DNA of 64,000 nt from Malacoraja senta (lineage: Eukaryota). Position 1 is the first letter of the stretch. Each line of letters opens with the position of its first letter. A model generated the notes under the pieces. It did no database searches. It saw only the letters and a list, made by a program, of their open reading frames with translations, and was not told the origin of the DNA. The stretch spans positions 310,001-374,000 of the forward strand of contig CM075990.1 of the NCBI GenBank assembly GCA_038087875.1, read 5' to 3'. Positions 1-11,496 of this stretch are shown here, in pieces. The position numbers were made by a program, and so were the translations under genes.

Positions 1-308
1 AGAACCCCCTTTATATCATGCCAAATTAATTGTATATTTTTCCCTGACATTTGACCATCCAAAGTGCAACATCTCAGATTCAACTACATATGCCACTTCC
101 CCACCCATTTTAGTAGCTGATCTATATCCCACTGTATACCTTAACAGCTTTCCTCGCAGTCTGTGATCCAGCGATCTTAGTATCATATGTAAACTTACTA
201 ACCAAGCCAATACATATCAATAAAAAGAAGATAGACACAAAGAACTGGAGTCAAGCAGAGGGACTCACTGAGTTACTACAGCTTTTTGTGTCTATGGTTT
301 AAACCAGC

Positions 309-401
309 AAAAAAAAAAAAAAAAAAAAAAATACACACACACACACACGCACACACGCGCGCACGCGCGCGCGCACGCACGCACGCACGCACGCACGCGC
401 G

Positions 402-441
<40 letters not shown>

Positions 442-443
442 AA
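309..443. repeat. poly-A plus compound (CA)n/(CG)n/(CACG)n microsatellite
   Basis: A-run followed by about 105 bp of alternating purine-pyrimidine sequence. Confidence 0.95.
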
Positions 444-625
444 ATTCCTGTCATGTATAAAACCATGCTGATTGTCCTCTATTAACCCATTCTCTTCCAA
501 AAGGGGGTAAATCCTACCCCATAGAATTCTCTTAATTTATCTCTCATCAAAACATTGGTACATGCCATTTTTGAACTTAGATCAACTGGTCTTTAAATGA
601 CACCCACAATTCCGATGTGGACTTA

Positions 626-2538
626 ATGGCACTGTCTCATGGTGCGAGTGCACCCACGAGTGATCCCGAATGAAAGTAAACATCAAACTCGTGGTTGTCT
701 ATGAGGTTCCAAGTTTATGTTCACGAGATTAAACGAGTTCCCACATGTATGTCTAAGTTTGCCGTTTACTTCTCATTTCTGCGATGTACCAAGTTCCTCA
801 CCCGAGTTACTCTTGAGCCAACAACGACTACCGACATGTGGAAAAATCATCACATGGTAAAAATGATGTCATGCAGTTGTTTTTTTTCACTTTAAAAAGA
901 CCCAGCTTGAAGAACGATCTCGACCCGAAACATCACCTATTTCTTTTCTCCAGAGATGCTGCCTGACCAGCTGAGTTAGTCCATCATTTTGTGTCTATCT
1001 TTGATTTAAACTAGTATCTGCAATTCCTTCCTTCAAACTTTTAGAGCAGTTTGTTTCAAGAAACAATCCTTCCAAAATTGCATTCAAAAGCCCATTTTGA
1101 ACTGCATTTGTTCAAGGTCTGGCATCAATCATTGAAAGGCATAAGCTGTTTTGTGTCGGGAGGAACTGCAGATGCTGGTTTACACCGAAGATAGACACAA
1201 AATGCTGGAGTAACTCTGCGGTACAAGCAGCATTTCTGGAGAGAAGGAATGGGTGACGTTTCTGGTCGAGTCCCTTCTTCAGACTGAAGAAAACGTTTCG
1301 ACCCTTCTCTCCAGAGATGCTGCCGGCTTGGCTGAGTTACTCCAGCTTTTTGTGTCTAGTAAGATGGTTTTATTCCCTTAATTTATCTCTCATCAAAACG
1401 TTGGTAAACTTCTAACAAAAAGATTAGGTAAATTGAACATTAACGTTATTTTTCCCCCCGACAGGAAGGTCCGTAGACCAGAGGGATAGCAGTGTGTCTC
1501 TCTACTCACCCAGTATGTCCGTCAGAGCAGCCGTCCCACCGTTGCGACTTAAACTGTATAAAAAGCAGCAGCTCAAAACATTGCTGATTGGGCAGATCTG
1601 CCCAGAAACCACCCCTTTCACACTCACCCCAGCCCTGGGAAACAGTTTTCAGAGCCCTACAGTCACCCCAGCCTGCCCGCGAACCTCTGAATGAAAGACA
1701 AAGCTCAGATGTTCTCTTCAGCAGTGGCGTCCCAGAGTTTCCCAGTGCCTGGCCCAAGTTTCAATTTAAACTCGGGTAAACTGAGTTTTTATTAAAAACC
1801 CGAATACAATTGGCCCTTAATTGTAAATATGAGAATGTTTTCCTATATTGTACGTTAGACTATCATCCGGTGTAGATACCATAATTTATTGGAAAAATAT
1901 GAACACACGAACACAGGGGTTAGTTAAAAATTGGAGTCATATCCCATCTACATCTCACACTCTCTTGCTGTGTTTCTAAGAAATGTCATTAAGGACTTAT
2001 GTTATGTGTTTTTGCTGGACTGAAACCAACCCATTTACAACGTAAAGTTGCGGGTAACTTTTTTGGAGAATACAGTACTTGTGATGTAAACTGAAGGGAA
2101 CTAATTAACTTTCGCAATGCGGCTTTCCCCACATTGCATGCATGGTCCAATCTTTTTGCCACTGTTTCTCAGATCTCCAGTAAGTGCTTAACAGTGAATT
2201 GTTAGATCACTGTAACATTTTCCATTAAGATCTGACTAATCTTCAACATTTCACTTCTGGCACTCGGGCCAAATCCACAAGTTACTCACGAGTCACTATG
2301 GTACTATGGTATTACAACGAGTTTAAAAGTTTCAAATTTTTCCTTCAAAAGCAAATTTGACTCGTGGAAATCTTTCAACTTTGAAAATTTTCACGGGTTA
2401 ACAAGTTTCCCGAGTACCTGCCATTAGCGTTACGAGTTCCTATGTTCCCGCTACATTAATTCTACGTGCTTACCACGAGTTTGATTTGTTTTTAACTCGG
2501 GATCACTCGTGGGTGGACTCGCACCGTGAGACAGGGGT
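626..2538. mobile_element. Putative non-autonomous PIF/Harbinger-like element (or two half copies) with about 65-bp inverted ends
   Basis: 632-695 (ctgtctcatggtgcgagtgcacccacgagtgatcccga...atcaaactcgtggt) matches the reverse complement of about 2471-2534; TTA/TAA flanks; the outermost bases are imperfect. Confidence 0.55.
1155..1360. mobile_element. Palindromic Penelope-like-element terminal remnant (representative copy; others at about 228-308, 905-1035, 2875-3085, 31125-31335, 33020-33105, 41766-41860, 42912-43040, 48180-48485, 52727-52945)
   Basis: Arms gatagacacaaaatgctggagtaactc...gagttactccagcttttgtgtcta around a ctgaaga...gaaac core; the same sequence terminates the GIY-YIG-bearing fragments at 37482 and 47705. 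Confidence 0.8.
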
Positions 2539-2541
2539 TTA

Positions 2542-2724
2542 AGGGCCTGTCCCACTTGGGTGTCATTTATGCGACATCATTTACGCGTCATGACGCACGC
2601 ATGGCGAGTGGTGGTGTAGGCAGTGACGCGCGGTAGCACGCGGCGCCCCAGGATTTTGAGATTCTCAAAATCCTCGCTCGCCACCTGCGTGACGCGCAAA
2701 TGACGCCCAAATGGGACAGGCTCT
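2542..2724. mobile_element. Tourist/Harbinger-like MITE
   Basis: TIRs agggcctgtcccacttgggtgtcattt / aaatgacgcccaaatgggacaggctct; TTA duplicated at 2539-2541 and 2725-2727. Confidence 0.85.
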
Positions 2725-3134
2725 TTACCCAGTAACAATTGTTGACAGTGTACCCTCCCGAGCTCTTGCCTTGCCTTCTAACATTGTAAATTGCCTGACT
2801 TTAGTTCAGTCCCTTCACACAAGTTCCCGGTTGCCAAACACTTTCCCTGTTCAAAACAATCTTAAAACTTGTGGATAGACACAAAATGCTGGAGTAACTC
2901 AGCAGGACAGGCAGCATCTCTGGAGATAAGGAATGGGTGACATTTCGAGTCGAGACCCTTCTTCAGACCTCGAACTGAAACATCACCCATTCCTTCGCTC
3001 CAGAGAGCTGCCTGTCCTGCAGACTTACTCGGACATTTTGTGTCTGTCTTCGGGGTACACAAGCATCTGCAGTTCTTTCCTACACATTAAAACTTATGGA
3101 GCTGTGATCTTTAATACTCTTGCACTGAAACACT

Positions 3135-3795
3135 AGTCACCTGGCCAGGCTCATTTCCCATCACAAGGTCCAGTGTGTTCCCTTCTTGGGATGGACTATC
3201 CACAGACTGTTTCAAGAGACCCTCTTGGGTACACCACACAAATTCTGTCCCGTCTAAGCCTTTGGCACTGAACAAGCCGCAGTCAATATTGGGGAAGGTT
3301 AAGTCACCCTCTAAGACAACCCTGTTGGTCTTGCGGGAATATGTCTATATATCTGTTCCTCTATCTCCTGCTTGCTATTGGGGGGTGTATCGTAAAATTC
3401 TATTAGAGTGCCTGCCCCGTTCTTATTTCTAAGCTACACTCATATTAGGTCCCTCCATTAGGTCCTCTCTGAATGTCACCATGCCAATCTCCCTAATCAA
3501 TAACACAACTCCTCCGCCTCTTTAGCCTCCCTCTCAATCACGTCTGAATCATCGAAACCACAGAACATTGAGCTGCCAGTCATGTAACTTTTTCACACAA
3601 AGGGTGGTGGGTGCATGGAACAATCTGCCAGAGGAGGTAGTTGAGACTGGGACAATCCCAACATTTAAGAAATAGTTAGACAGGTACATGGATAGGACAG
3701 GGATACGGGCCAAATACGGGCAGGTGGGACTAGTGTAGCTGGGACATGTTGGCTGCTGTGGGCAAGTTGGGCACGCTGTATCACTCTATGACTCA
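3135..3795. mobile_element. CR1 LINE fragments (endonuclease region on minus to about 3585; 3' end on plus, about 3585-3795)
   Basis: Similar to the other CR1 pieces in the window (33150-33600, 38920-39150). Confidence 0.7.
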
Positions 3796-3799
3796 CTTA

Positions 3800-3887
3800 T
3801 GTAATGTTACTCCACTGTTCAAGAAGAGAGCAAGACAAAGGAGGCTGGTTAGCCTGACATCAGTGTTTGGCAAGATTTTAGAGTCTA
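3800..3887 (+). mobile_element. CR1 ORF2 fragment, left half of the copy split by the Helitron stack
   Basis: Translates ...VSLTSVFGKILES + first base of an Ile codon; continues in frame at 27790 as IIKDEISQYLE. Confidence 0.85.
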
Positions 3888-4299
3888 CTAGACTAAGTGG
3901 GACCCATTAGGTCCCATTCTCACACGGGAGGCCTGGTCCCCCAACGTAATATTCCACCACTCACCCATAGCCCCCAACTGCGCAGGCATGGCTGACGGGT
4001 TCCTGTTGTGATGCTTCCCCTCCGCCCTTGCCATCCCCCCCCCCCCCCCCACGTACTCACTCCATCCCCCCCTCCCCCATCCACTATTAGCGGCTCTCTG
4101 GCGGCGCATCCATTCCGCACATTGGGTTCCCATTGTGACATGGAACACGCCGGTATTACTGCGCAGGCACAGCTGACGGGCACGGCAAGTGGAAAAGGTA
4201 TTTATTAAAGCTTAAAATGTGAATAACTCATAATGTAATAACAATTTAAACATTAAAGTGGAGGTTTATTCAGTTCAGTTCTTTCTTCTTGGGTCTCTT

Positions 4300-5150
4300 G
4301 ATGCATTCTGCAGCAGGGGTGGTGGGATGGCTTCAGGCAGGGCCTGTCGAGGCCCGGTGGGGAGGTGGGGGAGCACTGCCATGGGCTACCGTTGCCGTGC
4401 CCTACCAATGCCGTAGCCTACTGCTGCTGTAGCCTACCACTGCCGCTGCTATGGTGGCCTATCAATGCAGTGGGGAGCATCCTACAGCTGGGGAAGGGGC
4501 TGCTTCAAGCTGGGGCCGGTGGGGGTGTGCGTCCTGCAGCCGTGGGAGGGGGATGGCTTCAGGCGGGGGCTGTCAGGGGCCAGTGGGGGAGGGTGTTCTC
4601 CAGCCGGGGAGCGTTCTATAGCCGGAGGACGGGGACAACTTCAGGCGGGGGCTGTTGAGGACCAGTGGGGGGGAGAACGTCCTGCAACCAGGGGATGGGG
4701 ACGGCTTCTGGTGGAGGCTGTCACGGGCCGGTGGGGGTGTAGTGTCCTGCAGCTGTATCCAGGAGAGGGGGATGGCTTCAGGCAGGGGCCGGCGTGGAAC
4801 GTCCTGCAGCCGGGGATGGGGATAGCTTTAGGGCGGGGGCCGGAGAGGGGGAGGCATCCTGCAGCTGGGGACGTGGACGGCTTCAGGCGGGGGCTGGTGG
4901 GGATCGTCCTGCAGCCTGGTGAGGGCGACGGTTTCAGGCGGAGGCTGTCGGGTACTGGTGGGGGGGGGGGAGCACTGGTGTGGCCTAACGCTGCCGTGGT
5001 CTACTGCTGCCATGGCCTGCTGTGGCCTACCAGTGTCATGGACTACCACCACCACAGCATACCCCTGTCGTGGCCTGCCGCTGCCACTGCCGTTGCCTTA
5101 TGCTGGCATGGTCTACCGCTGCAGCTGACGTGGCCTACCGCTGTGTGTCG
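4300..5150. repeat. Degenerate GC-rich minisatellite inside copy A
   Basis: Recurrent cgtcctgcagcc...ggatggcttcaggcgggggc unit, roughly 55-70 bp, plus ggcctac-type subrepeats. Confidence 0.7.
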
Positions 5151-5961
5151 GGGTGGGTGTGTGGCAGGGGGGTGGGGGGTGTGGGGTGGGAGTGATATGG
5201 AGGGGGAGGTGTGTGTTGGCAGGGTTGCTGTGGGGGCGGTGGGGGTGTGGGGGGAGGGGGGGATGTGGGGGATGTGGGGGGAGGGTGGTATGTGGGGGGA
5301 GGGTGTGTGTGTGGGGGTTGGTAGTGTGGGTGTGGGGGTGATGGTGGGGGTGGTTTTGTGGGGGGAGTGTGGGGGTGGTGGTGGGGGTGCAGGGGTATGA
5401 GGAGCTGTAGGGTGGGTGTTGGGGAAGAGTGCGTGGGTGGGTGTGTGAGGGCAGGGTTTGTGTGGGGGAGCGGGTTGTGGGAGGAGCGGGGCTCTGGGGC
5501 GAGCGGGGGAGTGTGGGGGCAGGGGGAGTGGGGGAGGGGGGGTGTGGGGTGACAGGAGTTGTGGGGGAGGGGAAGGGTGTGTGTGGGAGGGGAAGGGGGA
5601 TGTGTGGGGGGTGGGGATGAGGGCTGTAGGGGAGGGGGTTGTAGTGGAGGGGGTGTGGGGGAGGGGGTGTGGAGGAGGGGGATGTGGGGAGGAGGGGTGT
5701 GGATGAGTGTGATGTTGTGGTGGGGGGCTGCTGTGGGGTGGGAGGGGAGTGTGGGCTGGAGGCATGTGGGGGAGGGGGAGTGAGGGGTGTGGTGGTTGTG
5801 GGGGGAGGGGGAGGGTTTCGTGGTTGTGGGGGCATGGGAGGCGGTGTGTGTTTGGGGGGTGGACGAGTGTATGTGGGAATGGTGAGGGGGAGGGGGGAGA
5901 GGGAGGGGGGAGAGGGAGAAGTCGGGGAGGGGGTAGGGCGTGTGTGGACGGGGGGGGGGGG
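5150..5961 (+). repeat. G-rich low-complexity tract (GGGG/GT/GA) with G-quadruplex potential
   Basis: About 800 bp with dozens of G3+ runs and very few C. Confidence 0.85.
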
Positions 5962-6192
5962 TACGGCTTCACTTAACGGCTCTCGGACCCCGCCTCACTC
6001 AGTGGGTCCTGGCCCCGTTTCCTCTCACTCAGCGGCTCCCGAACGCACTAACTCATCGGTTCCCAGCTCGTCGTGATGGCAGACGCAGCCCCCCACTCGC
6101 TCTCCACACACCGCTCACTCCGCTCCTTCAACTTTATTCTCCTCGCCGCCGGTGAATGACAGCGGGTGCCCAAAGGGGCGTTTTTTACAATA

Positions 6193-8282
6193 GCCAATAG
6201 GTCCAGGAGCAGGCCATTCGGCCCTTCGAGCAAGCACCGCCATTTAATGTGATCATATAACCATATAACCATATACCCATTACAGCACGGAAACAGGCCA
6301 TCTCGGCCCTTCAAGTCCGTGCCGAACATTTTTTTTTTTTTTTTTTTTCTTGGCTGATCATCCCCAATCTGTACCCTGTTCCTGCCTTCTCCCCATATCC
6401 TCTCAGCTATTTTTAAGAGCCCTATCTAGCTCTCTCTTGAAAGCATCCAGAGAACCTGCCTCCACTGCCCTGAGGCAGAGAATTCCACAGACTCACCACT
6501 CTCTGTGAGAAAAAGTGTTTCCTCGTCTCCGTTCTAAATGGCTTACTCCTTATTCTTAAACTGTGGCCCCTGGTTCTGGACTCCCCCAAATTCGGGAACA
6601 TGTTTCCTGCCTCTAGCGTGTCCAAACCCTTAACAATCTTATATGTTCCAATGGGATGCCCTCTCATCCTTCTAAACTCCAGAGTGTGCAAGCCCAGCCG
6701 CTCCATTCTCACAGCATATGACAGTCCCACCATCCCGGGAATTAACCTTGTAAACCTACGCTGCACTCCCTCAATAGCAAGAATGTCCTTCCTCAAATTA
6801 GGGGACCAAAACTACTCCATGTGTGGTCTCACTAGGGCTCTGTACAACTGCAGAAGGTCCTCTTTGCTCCTATATTAGACTCCTCTTGTTATAAAGGCCA
6901 ACATGCCATTCGCTTTCTTCACTGCCTGCTGTACCCGCATGCTTACTTTCATAGACTGATGAACAAGGACCCCCAGATCCCGTTGTACTTCCCCTTTTCC
7001 CAACTTGACGCCATTTAGACAGTAATTTGCCTTCCTGTTTTTGCTACCAAAGTGGATAACCTCACATTTATCTGCATTAAACTTCATCTGCCATGCATCT
7101 GCCCACTCCTCCAACCTGTCCAAGTCACCCTGCATTCTCATAGCATCCTCTTCACAGTTCACACTGCCACCCAGCTTTGTGTCATCTGCAAATTTGCTAA
7201 TGTTACTTTGAATCCCTTCATCCAAATCATTGATGTATATTGTAAATAGCTGCGTTCCCAGCACCGAGCTTTGCGGTACCCCGCTAATCACTGCCTGCCC
7301 TTCTGAAAGGGACCTGTTAATCCCTACTCTTTGTTTCCTGTCTGCCAACCAATTTTCTATCCGTGTCAGCACTCTACCCCCAATACCATGTGCCCTAATT
7401 TTGCCCACTAATCTCCTATGTGGGACCTTATCAAATGCTTTCTGAAAGTCCAGGTACACTACATCCACTGGCTCTCCCTTGTCCATTTTCCTAGTTACAT
7501 CTTCAAAAAATTCCAGAAGATTGGTCAAGCATGATTTCCCCTTCGTAAATCCATGCTGACTCAGACCGATTCTGTTACTTCTATCCAAATGTGTGGCTAT
7601 TTCATCTTTTATAATTGACTCCAGCATCTTCCCCACCACCGATGTCAGGCTAACTGGTCTATAATTCCCTGTTTTCTCTCTCCCGCCTTTCTTATAAAGT
7701 GGGATAACATTAGCTACCCTCCAATGCACAGGAACTGATCCTGAGTCTATAGAACATTGGAGAATTATCTCCAAAGCATCCACAATTTCTGGAGCCACTT
7801 CCATAAGTACCTTGGGATGCAGACCATCAGGCCCTGGGGATTTATCAGCCTTCAGTCCCATCAGTCAATCCAACACCATATCCTGCCTAATGTGGATTTC
7901 CTTCAGTTCCTCCATCACCCCAGATCCTCTGGCCACTACTATATCAGGAAAATTGTTTGTGACCTCCTTAGTGAAGACAGATCCAAAGTACCTGTTCAAC
8001 TCATCTGCCATTTCCTTGTTCCCCATAATAAATTCATCTTTTTCAGTCTTCAAGGGTCCAACTTCGGTCTTAACAAATTTTTCCCACTTCACATACCTAA
8101 AGAGGCTTTTACTATCCTCCGTTATATTCTAGGCTAGCTTACCTTCGTACCTCATCTTTTCTCCCCGTATTGCCTTTTTAGTTATCTTCTGTTGCTCTTT
8201 AAACATTACCCAATCCTCTTGCTTCCCGCTCATCTTTGCTGCGTTGTACTTCTTCGCTTTAATTTTTATATTGTCTCTTAAA
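6193..8282 (-). mobile_element. 5'-truncated CR1 LINE nested in copy A
   Basis: RT motifs in ORFs 6875-7861 (NYRPVSLTS, QHGF, YLDFQKAFD, FADDTK) and 6422-6796; TACAATA repeated at 6186-6192 and 8283-8289. Confidence 0.95.
6422..8092 (-). pseudogene. CR1 ORF2 reverse transcriptase, disrupted
   Basis: Three ORF segments separated by stops or frameshifts. Confidence 0.9.
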
Positions 8283-8459
8283 TACAATATTTAAACCTTC
8301 ATAACTTTTGTAATATTCCACCGATCAGAAAAAAAACTTTGTGCACTTGCAGCACAGGAGAATGGCGAGTAAGGTGGTGAAAAATCATAGCACTATCACG
8401 CACCTTTTTTGCACAAATTTAAAAAAAGGACAAGATGAGAGTTTTAGTTAAGTACTAGA

Positions 8460-10314
8460 CTAGACTAAGTGGGACCCATTGGGTCCCATTCTCACATGGG
8501 AGGCCTGGTCCTCCAATGCAATATTCCACCAATCACCCATAGCCCCAACTGCACAGTTGCGGCAGACGTGTTCCCGTTGAAACGCTCCCGATCCACCCTC
8601 ACCTCCCCACTCTGCCCCTTGCCATTCCCCCCCCCCCCACACATGTACTCATTCCATCCCCCCTCAACCCTCCCACCACACTTAGCGGCTCTCCGGCGGC
8701 GCAGCCATTCCTGCCCAATGGGTTCCCAATGTGACATAGAACATGCAGGCATTACTGCGCAGGCGCATCTGACCGGCATAGCAAGTGGAAAAGGGATTTA
8801 TTAAAGTTTAAAATGTGAATAAATCTTAAAATAGTATGTAATTTGGTCGTGGGGGCGCTGCAAGCGGGCAGCCCTGCTAGCAGCGTGTCAGTTTTTTTGG
8901 CTTTTTAAATTTTTTTTAGTGTGTTTAAATGTATGTTCTTAATGTTTCTTTGTGTGTCTTTTGTGGGGGGGTGGTGTGGGGGGGGTAAGGGGAAACCACG
9001 GAGAGGCGACTTTTTCCGTGTCGCCTCCCCCGTAGCCTAACATCGAGGATCGGTGCGGCCTTTCCCGGAGACACGACCGGGGCTTCAGCTGCGGGCGCAG
9101 CGCGGACTCTCGGCGTGGAGTGGGCGAGCGCTCTGTTCGCTGGCCCGCGGCAGCCTGAAGCCGCAGTCTGCAGAGCTCCGGCTGGCGCGGCATCCGCAGC
9201 CTGGGATCCCTCGCTGGGGACCCGGGAGAAGAAGAAGCTCCGATTCCGACTGCCGGCCCGCAGCCAACATCTACCGCGGGCGCGGCGTGGACTTACCATC
9301 AGGAGCGGGGTCCCTCGCCGGGGATCCCTGGAGGGGAGCTTCGACTGCCGGCCCTGCGGTCTGCGGTGCTTCTGGCTGCGGCGCGGCGGGAACTCTAAAT
9401 CTCCGACAGCCGGCCTGCGGCCTACACCAACATGAAGCCGCGGTCTCGGGTGGAGGAGGCACCGATTCAGGACTTACCTTGACTTTCATTCATCTGGATG
9501 CCTGCAGCGGTGGCTGCGGAGGGTTGAGGTCCCGACCACGGGGGAAAATGGAGGAGGACTCGCCAAATTTTGAGCCTTCCACCACAGTGATGAATGCTGT
9601 GGTGGATGTTTGTGTTTAATTTTTATTGTGTTTTTGTGTGTTCTCTTTCATTGTACCACTGCTGGCAAATTAATTTCACTTGCACTTTATGTGAAATGAA
9701 TCCTCATTTAACATAAAGTGAGAATGAGGATTCTCCCTTTCTCATTCCCCCCCCCCACCCCCCAATCCCCCCCACTGCCACTCCTCATTTCCCCAGGACC
9801 TCGAGGTTGCAGCAGTCGGCGTCGCAGTCGGGCCGACTTTGGGGCGGATGGCTTCTGGACTCACTGACTCACGGCTTCTGGACTCACTACTCACTGATTT
9901 TCGGCGTCTGGGCTCATTATTTTCACTGACATACGGCTTCTGGACACAACTAAAATTGTGTTTGGTTGGAGACCTTCACCGGCCATCCAGAGCCTCGCGC
10001 AGCTGCAGTAAAGACGCGATGGTGCAGAAAGGGGCGGACCGTGCCGTGGAGTGACAGTAGAAGGGCCCAATCAGCGCGGCGCTGAATGGCAGGAGAGGCA
10101 ATCGATCTGCGTATGCGCGGTTTTTAAAGATTTTTAAACCTCGATAATTTTTACCAGCTTCCACCGATCGGAACAAAACTTGGTGCAATCGCAGTGCAGG
10201 AGAAGGGTGAATAAGCTGGCTAAACATCGTATCACTATCGCATACCATTTTTGCACAAATAGAATGACCGCCAAACCAGAAGATAAGAAGATGAGAGTTT
10301 TAGTTATGTATAGA
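8460..10314 (-). mobile_element. Non-autonomous Helitron-like element, copy B
   Basis: Minus strand A|TCTATACATAACTAAAACTCTCATC at 10314; perfect hairpin 8470-8488 then CTTAGTCTAG ending at 8460; 8460-8830 homologous to 3888-4235. Confidence 0.9.
8836..9700 (+). mobile_element. GC/CpG-rich non-coding retroposon-like insert in copy B
   Basis: Shares ggggtaagggggaaac, a gcgact...gtcgc hairpin, gatcgg.gcggcctttcc and a tttcact-type tail with 60100-60908. Confidence 0.55.
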
Positions 10315-10681
10315 TGGATATAAGTTATATATATATATATATATATAACTTATATCCATCTATACATATAGATAGAAGAATAGAATAGAATAGATAGATA
10401 GATAGGTAGAAGAATATAGAAGAAGACTAGACTACATGGGAGAGCTGGTCCCCCAACGCAATATTCCAACTCTCCACCAATTCCAATTTTGGTGGACAGT
10501 GGGGGGGGGGGGCTTTCTGGAGTGCTAGTATGGGTACTGTGGGCTGAAGGGACTGGTTAGTATGGACATTGTGGGCCAAATGGATTCTTGGGGTGGCAGC
10601 TCAGTCACTCAAGCCTGATGTGCTGGCAGCTCACTAACGGCTGGGGGGCTAGCAGTTGACTCACGGCTATTCCTTGAAATT

Positions 10682-11080
10682 CCATTTCAAGCAGGGTGCA
10701 AGGCATTCAAATTCAAATGCAGTTTCCTACCATTTCAAGCAGGGTGCAAGGCCACAAAATTCAGGTGCAGTTTCTTACCACTTCAAGCAGGTTGCAAGGC
10801 CACCGAATTCAAGTGCAGTTTCCTACCACTTCAAGCAGGGTGCAAGGCCACCAAATTCAAGTGCAGTTTCATGTCAATTCAAGCAGGGTGCAAGGCCACT
10901 AAATGCTAGTGCTGTTTCATGCCATTTCAAGCAGGGTGCAAGGCCACAAAATTCAAGTACAGTTTCATACCACTTCAAGCAGGGTGCAAGACAACCAAAT
11001 TGAAATGCAGTTTCATACCATTTCAAGCAGGGTGCAAGGCCACCACATTCAAATGCAGTTTCATACCATTTCAAGTGGGG
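10682..11080. repeat. 48-bp tandem array, about 8 units
   Basis: ttcaagcagggtgcaaggcc-type motif recurs every 48 bp (10685, 10733, 10781 ... 11069). Confidence 0.95.
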
Positions 11081-11496
11081 TGAAACCACCATAAAACCAC
11101 TATAAAACCACTCAAAACACCACATAAACACCACATAAACACCACACTCACAGTTCAGTAGACATTCAGTGTGTTCAGTTGATTCACAGCTCAGACAGAG
11201 TCGTGACCTCTCTCTCCCTGATCTTGCAGAGACTGAACCACACCCACACTTACAGGTTTTACAATCCCCCCCCTCCAACTGGAAGGGGCGTGGCCTTCAT
11301 GGCGTGATTGACAGGAGAGAGATTCTCAACAATTATTTAAACACTAATAACACTTTTATTTTTCAATGATGGGAAGAATCCTCTGCACCTGATGAGTGGC
11401 GAGGAACTGAGTAAGATGGACAAAAATCACAGCCATAAGTGGTAGCATTTTATCTAAAATCAATATTCAGTGCAAACAGGAAGTTGTCAAGTTTCC

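Larger units (their letters stand above)
3888..8459 (-). mobile_element. Non-autonomous Helitron-like element, copy A (contains a nested CR1)
   Basis: Minus strand starts TCTAGTACTTAACTAAAACTCTCATC at 8459 and ends TGGGACCT-AAT-GGGTCCCA-CTTAGT-CTAG at 3888, followed by T. Confidence 0.85.

Noticed and set aside
4465..6076. Gly-rich and Pro/His-rich ORFs up to 311 aa
   Set aside because: Stop-poor G-rich low-complexity DNA
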